Shown piece after piece: positions 9,303 through 17,847 of a stretch of DNA of 64,000 bases. The stretch's first letter is position 1, and each line of letters starts with the position of its first letter. Source of the DNA: Terriglobia bacterium (GTDB taxonomy: Bacteria; Acidobacteriota; Terriglobia; 20CM-2-55-15); the NCBI GenBank assembly GCA_965198225.1, contig CBDAOY010000006.1, forward strand, positions 224,001-288,000, in the 5' to 3' direction. The translations under genes were made by a program, and so were the position numbers. Under the pieces are notes generated by a model, which worked only from the letters and a program-made list of their open reading frames with translations, was not told where the DNA came from and did no database searches.

Positions 9303-9833
9303 ATCAGCCACCAGGAACCTTTCATCTCCATCGCACGAATCACGCGGACACAGGGCCGCGTCGGGGCAGTTCGCGTTCAGATCGAATTCGAGGAGTTCCG
9401 GCTCTTCGACGTGGGACGCCGAGTCATTCTGACTCTCGACGACAGGAAGCGCGAAACGACGGTCGAGGACTTCAGGACCCAACATGGCCGATGGGTGCTG
9501 AAGCTGGAGGGCGTCGACTCGATCTCGGAGGCGGAAGAGTGGATCGGAGGCCGAATCCTGGTGGCGAAAGACGATCTGCCACCGAAAGAAGCCGGCGCAT
9601 TCTACAGCTTCGATCTGGAAGGTTGCGGCGTCTACGCTGACGACGCCTTGATCGGAACCGTGAAAGCGGTCCTCGATTATTCAGGCACGGAACTGCTGAG
9701 CCTGGACAATGACGGCGAGGAAATCCTGATTCCCTTCGCGAAGGCTTTTCTGAAGAAGGTCGACCCGGACGCGAAACGCATCGAAGTCGAGTTGCCTGAA
9801 GGACTGATCGAGTTGAACAGGAAGAAGAGGTGA
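9303..9833 (+). CDS. rimM: Ribosome maturation factor RimM
   Basis: In-frame FISIARITRTQGRVGAVRV N-terminal motif, EILIPF PRC barrel, synteny; start likely non-canonical ATC (9300 or 9303). Confidence 0.9.
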   Translation: MSHQEPFISIARITRTQGRVGAVRVQIEFEEFRLFDVGRRVILTLDDRKRETTVEDFRTQHGRWVLKLEGVDSISEAEEWIGGRILVAKDDLPPKEAGAFYSFDLEGCGVYADDALIGTVKAVLDYSGTELLSLDNDGEEILIPFAKAFLKKVDPDAKRIEVELPEGLIELNRKKR

Positions 9834-9846
9834 CGAGTAATCAAGT

Positions 9847-10026
9847 GTAGGTGCGGTCTATGACCGCACCTGATTCCGGCTTGAGGGAGGCGTGGGGGGA
9901 CCGGACCAGCTGTCTTTCTCCACAAAGCCGCGCACCCCGATCGGCACTTGAACGCTCAAACTCACGTCGGGAGGGGGACGGTGGGCCCGACGCTAATGAA
10001 TGGTTCCGCTCATAGAGCGCACCTAC
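9847..10026. repeat. Inverted REP pair enclosing a 108-bp repeat
   Basis: REP 9847-9869 and degenerate inverted REP 10004-10026; 9889-9996 matches the reverse complement of 25907-26014 at both ends. Confidence 0.75.
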
Positions 10027-10038
10027 ACCGCAGACGTA

Positions 10039-10797
10039 ATGCTGGCATTCGACATCCTCACAATATTCCCGGGGTTCTTCGATGGGCCTTTCGAACACGG
10101 AATCATCCGTCGGGCTCGGGAGCGTGGATTGATACGAACTGCTACTCACGACCTGCGGGACTACGCCGGGGATCGTCACCGTACGGTCGACGACCGGCCA
10201 TTCGGCGGCGGTGCAGGAATGGTTCTGAAGCCGGAACCGATATTCGAGGCGGTCGAAGCGGCACGGGACCCCGAGGCGCGCGTCGTCGAAGTTGCGGTGC
10301 TGAGCGCCGCGGGGCGGCTCTTTACCCAGGCCGAGGCTCTTCGGCTCTCGCGCGCCAACCAGGTGGTTCTGGTCTGCGGACGCTACGAGGGGGTCGACGA
10401 AAGGGTCGTCGAGCACCTGGCAACGACGGAGATCTCGATCGGAAACTACGTCGTGTCCGGCGGAGAGGTTGCAGCGGCCCTCGTCGTCGACGCCGTGACG
10501 CGCTACGTCCCGGGAGCCGTCGGAAAAGAGGAATCCATACTGAAAGATTCCTTCTCGGACCCGGGTGCCGAAACACGTTTGGTGGAGCACCCGCACTACA
10601 CGAGACCCGCGGAATACCGGGGGTTTCGGGTGCCCGAGGTGCTGATTTCAGGAAATCACGCGGCAGTCGAGGAATGGCGCCGGGGCGCTTCGCTCGAGAA
10701 AACGTCGAAGAACAGGCCGGACCTGTCGAGGGACGATTCACCGGGCGCGGAAAACGAGCAAATAAAGAAAGGCGGACCCTGGGAATCACGCGTTTGA
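10039..10797 (+). CDS. trmD: tRNA (guanine-N1)-methyltransferase
   Basis: FDILTIFP, VDDRPFGGGAGMVLK, CGRYEGVDER, SIGNYVVSGGE, VPEVLISGNH. Confidence 0.97.
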   Translation: MLAFDILTIFPGFFDGPFEHGIIRRARERGLIRTATHDLRDYAGDRHRTVDDRPFGGGAGMVLKPEPIFEAVEAARDPEARVVEVAVLSAAGRLFTQAEALRLSRANQVVLVCGRYEGVDERVVEHLATTEISIGNYVVSGGEVAAALVVDAVTRYVPGAVGKEESILKDSFSDPGAETRLVEHPHYTRPAEYRGFRVPEVLISGNHAAVEEWRRGASLEKTSKNRPDLSRDDSPGAENEQIKKGGPWESRV

Positions 10798-10833
10798 TTC
10801 TTCCGAGCGGTCCGATGGTAAGGTGAGGAGATT

Positions 10834-11181
10834 ATGAACGTCATCGATATGGTCGAAGGACAGCAACTTCGCGACGATCTACCGGCCTTCAAACCGGGAG
10901 ACACTCTCCGTGTCCACGTCCGCATCACGGAAGGCGAGAAGCAGCGGATTCAGGTCTTCGAAGGTGTCTGTATCGCCCAGAAGCATGGTGGCGTCCGAGA
11001 GACCTTCACCGTGCGCAAGATCTCATTCGGACAGGGAGTGGAGAGAGTTTTTCCGTTTCATTCGAAGGTCATCGACAAAATCGAAGTGATCCGAAGAGGT
11101 CGCGTACGGCGCGCAAAGCTCTACTACATCCGCAAGTTGCGTGGCAAAGCCGCACGGATCCGCGAGGCCAAGAGGCGCTAG
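10834..11181 (+). CDS. rplS: 50S ribosomal protein L19
   Basis: [36 protein letters not shown]. Confidence 0.98.
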   Translation: MNVIDMVEGQQLRDDLPAFKPGDTLRVHVRITEGEKQRIQVFEGVCIAQKHGGVRETFTVRKISFGQGVERVFPFHSKVIDKIEVIRRGRVRRAKLYYIRKLRGKAARIREAKRR

Positions 11182-11260
11182 GCGGAGCAGCCGGGTGCCG
11201 AGCAGCCGGAGTTCCTGCACGAGGGCAGGGATCCACTGACCGGATAGCATCGACCCTCGG

Positions 11261-11515
11261 ATGAACATGAATCGAGTCTTTGCGATTGCAGTCATCCTTT
11301 TCTGCTTCGAGATCGGGTTCTTCCTGATCGTCGTCCCGTGGTCCACGCTCTGGGAAAACAACCTTCTCTTTCTCTACGCTCCCGGGTTGCGTCCGTTCTT
11401 CTTGAGCTACATCGCCCGCGCGTCAGTCTCGGGTCTCGGCATCCTCGATTTCCTGATCGGGGTCTCCGAAGTCCGCCGCTTCTTCCGCCGTTCAGCCGTC
11501 GTCCGGGCCGATTAG
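11261..11515 (+). CDS. Small membrane protein, unknown function
   Basis: 84 aa with two hydrophobic segments; stop codon coincides with the end of the adjacent repeat. Confidence 0.7.
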   Translation: MNMNRVFAIAVILFCFEIGFFLIVVPWSTLWENNLLFLYAPGLRPFFLSYIARASVSGLGILDFLIGVSEVRRFFRRSAVVRAD

Positions 11516-11788
11516 CAACCCGTGGCAGAACTCTACAGGGCCGCGTTGCGGCCAAACGGGGCCGGATTCGAGGAGGCGAGGACGAAACAATGCTCATTCA
11601 TTGGGAGGAGTCGACGACAACGAAGACGGCCCCGTTTCGCCGTAACCCGAAGGGCGCAGGGGGGTTCGGGCCGCAGGCTTTGTCCATCGTCGGTCACGAT
11701 GAATGATCATCGCTCCGCTCCTCGCTTCGCGCCTGCAACCCGAAGACCCCTGCGCGCGACCCTGCAGAGTTCTGCCACGGGCTGCTAG
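11512..11788. mobile_element. MITE-like 277-bp foldback element, type-A ends
   Basis: YTAG-CARCCCGTGGCAGAACTCT...AGAGTTCTGCCACGGGCTG-CTAG terminal inverted repeats; no coding capacity. Confidence 0.85.
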
Positions 11789-11797
11789 GCTTCGGGA

Positions 11798-12331
11798 ATG
11801 ATCCTCTATTACGTCACTGATCAAAACCAGGGTGACGTCATGGCGGCTACACGACGCGCCGTCGAACGCGGCGTCGACATGATTCAGGTCCGCGAAAAGG
11901 ACCTCCCCACGCTGGATCTTGTGAGTCTGGTTCGGAGCGTTCGGAATCTCGCACACGGCTCGAAGACTCGTGTCCTGGTGAATGACAGGCTCGACGTGGC
12001 CCTCGCCGCCGGCGCTTCCGGCGTTCACCTGCCGGCCAACGGGTTGCCGGTTGCCCCGGTGCGAGCACTCGTGGACCTGTTGGGTGTGTCGACCCACACA
12101 CCAGAAGAGGCCCTCCAGGCCGAACGCGCGGGCGCCGACTTCATCGTATTCGGACCTGTGTTCGACACCCCAGGCAAGACCCCAGTAGGCGTCGGCCGTC
12201 TGAAACAGGTCTGCTCCGCCGTCGACATTCCCGTTCTCGCCATCGGTGGAGTCAATGAAGAAAACACCCCGCTGGTGATGGAAGCTGGCGCGTCCGGGAT
12301 CGCCGCAATCCGGTTGTTTCAGAGGTCGTAG
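11798..12331 (+). CDS. thiE: Thiamine phosphate synthase family protein (ThiE/TenI)
   Basis: QVREKD, VNDRLDVALAAGASGVHLP, GVSTH, FGPVFDT, PVLAIGG. Confidence 0.85.
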   Translation: MILYYVTDQNQGDVMAATRRAVERGVDMIQVREKDLPTLDLVSLVRSVRNLAHGSKTRVLVNDRLDVALAAGASGVHLPANGLPVAPVRALVDLLGVSTHTPEEALQAERAGADFIVFGPVFDTPGKTPVGVGRLKQVCSAVDIPVLAIGGVNEENTPLVMEAGASGIAAIRLFQRS

Positions 12332-12510
12332 GCCGTTGTCCGTAGGCCGTTAGAAGAGCCTCGACGTCGCACTCGCAAGGCGGAGTCCAATGCTCCAGAG
12401 TGTCCAGGGCGATGTCCAAGGTCGGCTCCAAGCCCCGAAGCCCGTTTCAAATGAACTTTGAATCTGGGAGGGGGCTTGTCAGGCGCCATGCGCGGACAAC
12501 GGCCTACGAC
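12327..12510. repeat. Heptamer-ended foldback between convergent thiE and pyrF
   Basis: tcgtaggccgttgtccg ... cggacaacggcctacga inverted ends; contains both stop codons. Confidence 0.7.
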
Positions 12511-13211
12511 CCAAACGAGCCGATCACTTCTTCCAGCGCGACGCGTGGGTTCTTGGCCTGATTCACGTATCGGCCTATCACCACGTAGTTCGCGCCGGCG
12601 GCTACGGCTTCAGCGGGCGTGGCGACACGTTGCTGGTCGTCGGGGGACTGGCCGGGCATCCGGACGCCGGGCGTAACGATGGTCGGGGCGGCACCGAACT
12701 CCGTCCGCAGGATTCCGATCTCATGAGCCGAACAGACCAGGCCGTCGGCGCCCGCATCGAGGGCCATCCGACCCAGGCGCAGGACCTGGTCGGAGAGCCT
12801 ACCGCGAACGCCGGTCGCAGCAAGCGTGGCGGGATCGATGCTCGTCAGGACGGTGACGGCGACGATGAGCGGGCGTTTCCCCGCGAAGGAGGCCTCTAGG
12901 TCGCGAATTGTCGCAGCGATCATCTCGCGTCCGCCCGAGGCGTGAACTGTCATCATCGATACGCCGAGCCGGGCTGCTTCGAGCGCCGCACGGGACGCGG
13001 TATTGGGGATGTCGTGGATCTTGAGGTCCAGGAACACGCGTTCGCCTCGCTCCACGATCTCGGCGACGATGGCCGGGCCTTCGGCCATGAACAATTGGTG
13101 TCCGACCTTGAGCATCCCAGCCAGGCCGGAAACAGCATCCACGAGCCCGAGGGCCTTGGAACGGGAGCTGACGTCGATCCCGACGATGGCGGGGCCCTTG
13201 TTCGCGGTCAC
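12504..13211 (-). CDS. pyrF: Orotidine-5'-phosphate decarboxylase
   Basis: FLDLKIHDIPNT, TVHASGG, VTVLTS, VTPGVR, DDQQR. Confidence 0.96.
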   Translation of the reverse strand: MTANKGPAIVGIDVSSRSKALGLVDAVSGLAGMLKVGHQLFMAEGPAIVAEIVERGERVFLDLKIHDIPNTASRAALEAARLGVSMMTVHASGGREMIAATIRDLEASFAGKRPLIVAVTVLTSIDPATLAATGVRGRLSDQVLRLGRMALDAGADGLVCSAHEIGILRTEFGAAPTIVTPGVRMPGQSPDDQQRVATPAEAVAAGANYVVIGRYVNQAKNPRVALEEVIGSFGS

Positions 13212-14131
13212 GACGCTTTCACGCTTCCGACGAGGTCCCGAACCGAAGCGATGCGCCTGCGCGTCATGTACCTCCGCAGTTCATCAATGATCCTGATGGA
13301 CGCCTTCGGGTCCTCGAAGTTGGCTGTGCCGACCTGCACGGCCGAAGCCCCGGCCAGCAAGTACTCAGCAGCGGCGTCTCCGGAGCAGACGCCACCCAAC
13401 CCGAAGATCGGTATCCTCACGGCGCGGGCGGACTGATATACCATCCGCAGCGTGATCGGCCGGATCGCCGGTCCCGACAAGCCGCCCGTGATCGTTTCTA
13501 TCCGCGGGCGGAATGTCACGGGATCGATGGCCATCGCCAGGTAGGTATTGGCGATCGTCAGCGCGTCGGCGCCGGCCGCCTCGGCAGCAACGGCGATCTC
13601 CGCGATGTCGGTGACGTTCGGTGAAAGCTTGACGATTACGGGGCGCGTCGCGAGACTCTTGACCCCCCTGGTCAATTCCCCGGTGGCGTCGGGATGCGTG
13701 CCGAAGACCATGCCGCCTTTCTTCGTGTTCGGACACGAGATGTTCAGCTCGTAGGCGGCAATCCCATCGCATTCGTTCAGCTTCTCCACGACCTCGATGT
13801 ACTCGTCGATGCTGAAGCCGAAGACATTGACGAAAACCGGGCAGGCGGCCTTCCTCAAAAACGGCATCTTGTCTCGGATAAAGGCGTCGACGCCCACGTT
13901 CTGAAGGCCGATGGAATTCAGCATCCCGGCGGAAGTGGGAAAGAGGCGGGGCGCGGGATTGCCGGCAATCGGGCGAGCCGAGGTCCCTTTGACCGAAATC
14001 GCCCCAACCCGGCTGAAATCGAGCAGTCCCTCGAATTCCTCACCGTAGCCAACCGTTCCGCTCGCCAGGACGACCGGATTGCGAAGCTCGATACCCGCAA
14101 TCTCCACGGAGAGGTCAGGAACCGTGCTCAT
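13208..14131 (-). CDS. pyrD: Dihydroorotate dehydrogenase (family 1B catalytic subunit)
   Basis: ASGT.GYG, GMLNSIGLQN, ELNISCPN, KLSPNVT, GGLSGPAI. Confidence 0.95.
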   Translation of the reverse strand: MSTVPDLSVEIAGIELRNPVVLASGTVGYGEEFEGLLDFSRVGAISVKGTSARPIAGNPAPRLFPTSAGMLNSIGLQNVGVDAFIRDKMPFLRKAACPVFVNVFGFSIDEYIEVVEKLNECDGIAAYELNISCPNTKKGGMVFGTHPDATGELTRGVKSLATRPVIVKLSPNVTDIAEIAVAAEAAGADALTIANTYLAMAIDPVTFRPRIETITGGLSGPAIRPITLRMVYQSARAVRIPIFGLGGVCSGDAAAEYLLAGASAVQVGTANFEDPKASIRIIDELRRYMTRRRIASVRDLVGSVKAS

Positions 14132-14277
14132 ACGGGCACGAATCTATCATATAATCCTCCGGCGGATGACACTGAAGGTCGGCTACCGATTGATGAGAAA
14201 GCAGATGCCGGCGACCGTTTGCCTCCCGAAACCCGATCGGGATCTCCCCTCCATTCGGCACGGAATCTCTGAGCGAA

Positions 14278-15207
14278 ATGGCTGAAAAAAGGGACTTGCT
14301 GGGAATCGAGAACCTGCCGACAGGACAGATGCTCGAGATACTGGATTCGGCCGAATCGCTCGAAGCCCCGGGGCTGGCACGGAAGCTGTCGACCCTGAAG
14401 GGCAAGACGGTCATCAACCTGTTCTTCGAAGCCTCAACCCGGACCCGCACATCGTTCGAAGTCGCCGGCAAAAGGCTTTCCGCGGACGTGATCAACGTAG
14501 GCGGATCGAGCACCAGCATCGTGAAAGGCGAAACTCTCGTCGATACCGCGAAGACGCTCGACGCCATGTCGCCCGACTGCATCGTGATCCGTCATGCCTC
14601 TTCAGGAGTTCCCCATCAAATCGCCCGGTTCTCTGAAGCATCGGTCGTCAATGCCGGGGACGGCTCCCACGAACATCCAACTCAGGCGCTGCTCGATGCC
14701 CACACGATCCGCCGGCACAAGGGCAGGCTCGACGGCCTTAAGGTCGCCATCGTCGGCGACATCCTCCATAGCCGGGTCGCGCGCTCCAACTTGTTCGCAC
14801 TGACCGCCTTCCAATCCCACGTCTGGCTCTGCGCCGCGCCAACTCTGATGCCTCCGGAGGTGGACAGGATCACGTGTTCGGATAACCCGTTCCTGCACAT
14901 CACGAACTCGATGGATGAGGCTGTCGCCGAAGCCGACGTCGTCATGATGTTGCGCATCCAGTTTGAACGGATGATCGAGTCTTTCTTCCCGTCTACACGC
15001 GAGTACTGCAGGTACTTCGGGTTGAACGAAGAGCGCATGCGCCTGGCGAGACCCGACGCTATAGTGATGCATCCGGGTCCCATCAACCGGGGCATCGAGA
15101 TCTCGGCCGCAGTCGCCGACGGCCCGTACTCGGTCATACTGGACCAGGTCGCGGCCGGGGTGGCTGTGCGAATGGCGATTCTGTGCTGGCTGCTGGGAGA
15201 TTCATGA
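14278..15207 (+). CDS. pyrB: Aspartate carbamoyltransferase catalytic subunit
   Basis: [43 protein letters not shown]. Confidence 0.97.
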   Translation: MAEKRDLLGIENLPTGQMLEILDSAESLEAPGLARKLSTLKGKTVINLFFEASTRTRTSFEVAGKRLSADVINVGGSSTSIVKGETLVDTAKTLDAMSPDCIVIRHASSGVPHQIARFSEASVVNAGDGSHEHPTQALLDAHTIRRHKGRLDGLKVAIVGDILHSRVARSNLFALTAFQSHVWLCAAPTLMPPEVDRITCSDNPFLHITNSMDEAVAEADVVMMLRIQFERMIESFFPSTREYCRYFGLNEERMRLARPDAIVMHPGPINRGIEISAAVADGPYSVILDQVAAGVAVRMAILCWLLGDS

Positions 15208-16469
15208 AACTCGTCGTAAAGAATGGTCATCTCGTCGATCCGGCGCGAGGCGTGGATCGCGTCGCGGACGTCCTGATCGAGGATGGAAAGATCCGGGACA
15301 TCGGCAGCTTCGAAGCCAACGGCGCCGCTTCACTCGATGCGACTGGACTCGTCGTTGCGCCGGGGTTTTTCGACATCCACGTGCACCTGCGGGAGCCCGG
15401 AACCGAGGAAGCGGAAACGATCCGGTCGGGAGGCGAGGCGGCGGTCGCTGGCGGTTTTACGGCCTTGGCGGCCATGCCCAACACGAAACCGCCCAACGAC
15501 TGTGCCTCGATGACGCAGTTCATCGTCTCGGAGGCCAGACGCCACTCTCCGGCTCGGATCTTCCCGATAGGGGCAATCACGAAGGGCCAGGAAGGCGAAT
15601 CCCTGGCTGAAATCGGGGACATGGTCGAGGCCGGGATCGTGGCGATCTCGGACGACGGCAGGCCCGTGATGAACTCCCGTCTGTTCCGGCGCGCGATGGA
15701 ATATTCCCGCATGTTCGACCTGCCTGTCATCCAACACTGCGAGGACCTGGATCTGTCTTCGGGCGGGGTGATGCATGAGGGGTTTGTCTCGACCCGACTG
15801 GGCCTGAAGGGCATACCCGCTGCAGCCGAAGACTCGGTCGTCGCGCGCGACTTGATTCTCGCAGAAGTGACCGGGGCCCGATACCACGTCGCCCACCTCA
15901 GCACCTCAGGAGCCGTCCAGATGGTCCGCCGGGCGAAGGAGGCCGGGTTAGGGGTCACGGCGGAGGTCACACCGCATCACTTCACTCTTACCGAAGAAGA
16001 TGTTCGAGATTACGACACGAACGCGAAAATGAAGCCGCCGCTGCGCTCGGAAGCAGATCGAGTCGCAGTCGTGTCCGGGATCGAGGACGGCACGATAGAC
16101 GCCATCGCGTCCGATCACGCCCCGCATCACGCGAACCTGAAGATGCTGGAATTCGACCGTGCGCCTTTCGGGATTACGGGCCTGGAGACGGCCGTCGGGC
16201 TGGCGATCACAAACTTGAATCTGCCGCTGCCTCGCGTGGTAGAGTTGTTCTCGATCAACCCGCAGAAAATCATGAGGGTCGATGGCTGGGGGCTGTACGA
16301 GGGAAGCCCGGCGGACCTGACCGTGTTCGACTCCGCCCATGAATGGACCTTCAACGTCGGGCAGTCGCGCTCGCTCAGCCGGAACAGTCCATTCGACGGC
16401 TGGAAGCTGAAGGGTAGGGCCATGGCCACTATCGTTGGAGGGAGGATCGTTTATGAAGAGCATCGCTAA
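15204..16469 (+). CDS. pyrC: Dihydroorotase
   Basis: [35 protein letters not shown]. Confidence 0.96.
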   Translation: MKLVVKNGHLVDPARGVDRVADVLIEDGKIRDIGSFEANGAASLDATGLVVAPGFFDIHVHLREPGTEEAETIRSGGEAAVAGGFTALAAMPNTKPPNDCASMTQFIVSEARRHSPARIFPIGAITKGQEGESLAEIGDMVEAGIVAISDDGRPVMNSRLFRRAMEYSRMFDLPVIQHCEDLDLSSGGVMHEGFVSTRLGLKGIPAAAEDSVVARDLILAEVTGARYHVAHLSTSGAVQMVRRAKEAGLGVTAEVTPHHFTLTEEDVRDYDTNAKMKPPLRSEADRVAVVSGIEDGTIDAIASDHAPHHANLKMLEFDRAPFGITGLETAVGLAITNLNLPLPRVVELFSINPQKIMRVDGWGLYEGSPADLTVFDSAHEWTFNVGQSRSLSRNSPFDGWKLKGRAMATIVGGRIVYEEHR

Positions 16470-17727
16470 GGTCATTTTGTGGGTCATACTCGCGGCGGGC
16501 ATCGCTTCTGGACAGTCTGCAGATGAACGCGTCGCCGGAATCCGGGCCGACGACGCCTACCAGGGCGCACTCGAATTCATCGCGAACGACCACGAACGAT
16601 GGGTGGCCGAGTTGATCGAACTCACTGAAATCCCCGCGCCTCCATTCAAAGAGGAGCAGAGAGCGCAGGCCTACCTGGAAAAGCTGAGGCAGGTCGGTCT
16701 GACCGATGTCGCGATGGACGAAGAAGGCAACGTGATGGGGATCCGAAAGGGTGCCGGCGGTCCGCTTCTAGCCGTCGCGGCTCATCTGGACACCGTATTC
16801 CCCGAGGGCACGGACGTTACGGTCAAGCGCGAGGGTACGCGGTTGTCCGCGCCCGGAATCGGGGACGATACGTCCGGGCTGGCAACCCTGCTGTCGGTGA
16901 TTCGGGCGATGGATGCCGCCGGTCTGGAGACCGAAAGAGACATCCTGTTTATCGGAGATGTTGGAGAAGAGGGTCCGGGCGACCTCCGGGGCATGAAATA
17001 CCTGTTCCGCGAAGGCGAGTATAAGGACAGGATTGCTGGCTTCATCTCGGTCGAAGGCGGAAGACAGAATTCGATCACCAACGGCGCGCTGGGCAGCAAA
17101 CGTTACCGCGTAACGTTCAAGGGACCCGGGGGTCACAGCTACGGTGCTTTCGGTTTGGTCAGCCCCGCATTCGCCATGGGCAACGCGATGCGGAAGTTTT
17201 CGTTGCTGGATGTGCCCGAGGACCCAAAGACGACTTTCAACGTCGGCGTTATCGGAGGTGGGACGTCCGTGAACTCGATTCCTTTCGAGTCGTGGATGGA
17301 AGTCGACATGCGGTCTGAGGTGCGCGACGAACTCGACATGCTGGCAGAAACATTCATCGGCCTCATGCATGAGGCGGTTGATGAGGAGAACGAAGCGCGG
17401 TCGACCTCCCAGGGGGAAATCGAACTGGAGATGACGATGATCGGTGACCGGCCGTCGGGAGAAACCCCGCACGATGCCGACATTGTTCAGCAAGCCACGA
17501 GCGCCCTGAAGGCGTTCGGGAAGGAGCCGTCCTACCGGATATCCAGTACCGATTCCAACATCCCGATCAGCATGGGAATTCCCGCGATGACGATAGGGCG
17601 GGGCGGTAGCGGGGGGCGGGCTCACTCCCTCGACGAGTGGGTCGATGTTGAAGAGTCGTCGACGGTCGAAGGCGTACAGGTCGTGCTGACCCTCATCCTC
17701 GCAGTCGCGGGGCTGGAGGGGAACTGA
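16453..17727 (+). CDS. M20/M25/M40 family metallopeptidase, secreted
   Basis: Signal peptide; AHLDTV, GIGDD, GEEG, GPGGHS, AHSLDEW. Confidence 0.88.
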   Translation: MKSIAKVILWVILAAGIASGQSADERVAGIRADDAYQGALEFIANDHERWVAELIELTEIPAPPFKEEQRAQAYLEKLRQVGLTDVAMDEEGNVMGIRKGAGGPLLAVAAHLDTVFPEGTDVTVKREGTRLSAPGIGDDTSGLATLLSVIRAMDAAGLETERDILFIGDVGEEGPGDLRGMKYLFREGEYKDRIAGFISVEGGRQNSITNGALGSKRYRVTFKGPGGHSYGAFGLVSPAFAMGNAMRKFSLLDVPEDPKTTFNVGVIGGGTSVNSIPFESWMEVDMRSEVRDELDMLAETFIGLMHEAVDEENEARSTSQGEIELEMTMIGDRPSGETPHDADIVQQATSALKAFGKEPSYRISSTDSNIPISMGIPAMTIGRGGSGGRAHSLDEWVDVEESSTVEGVQVVLTLILAVAGLEGN

Positions 17728-17730
17728 TCT

Positions 17731-17845
17731 GTAGGTGCGGTCTATGACCGCACTATCTTCTGCAGCGAGAACACTTCCAGTCTAGACATTTCTGCTCAGC
17801 CCACACCCGGGGCTCGAAGAATGTGCGGTCATAGACCGCACCTAC
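17731..17845. repeat. REPIN-like doublet: two inverted GTAG REPs with a 69-bp spacer
   Basis: 17731-17753 and its exact reverse complement 17823-17845, between convergent genes. Confidence 0.85.
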
Positions 17846-17847
17846 AC

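Noticed and set aside
14132-14277. PyrR attenuator between pyrD and pyrB
   Set aside because: No AGTCCAGAGAGG-like PyrR loop and no pyrR gene; appears to be a simple divergent promoter region.
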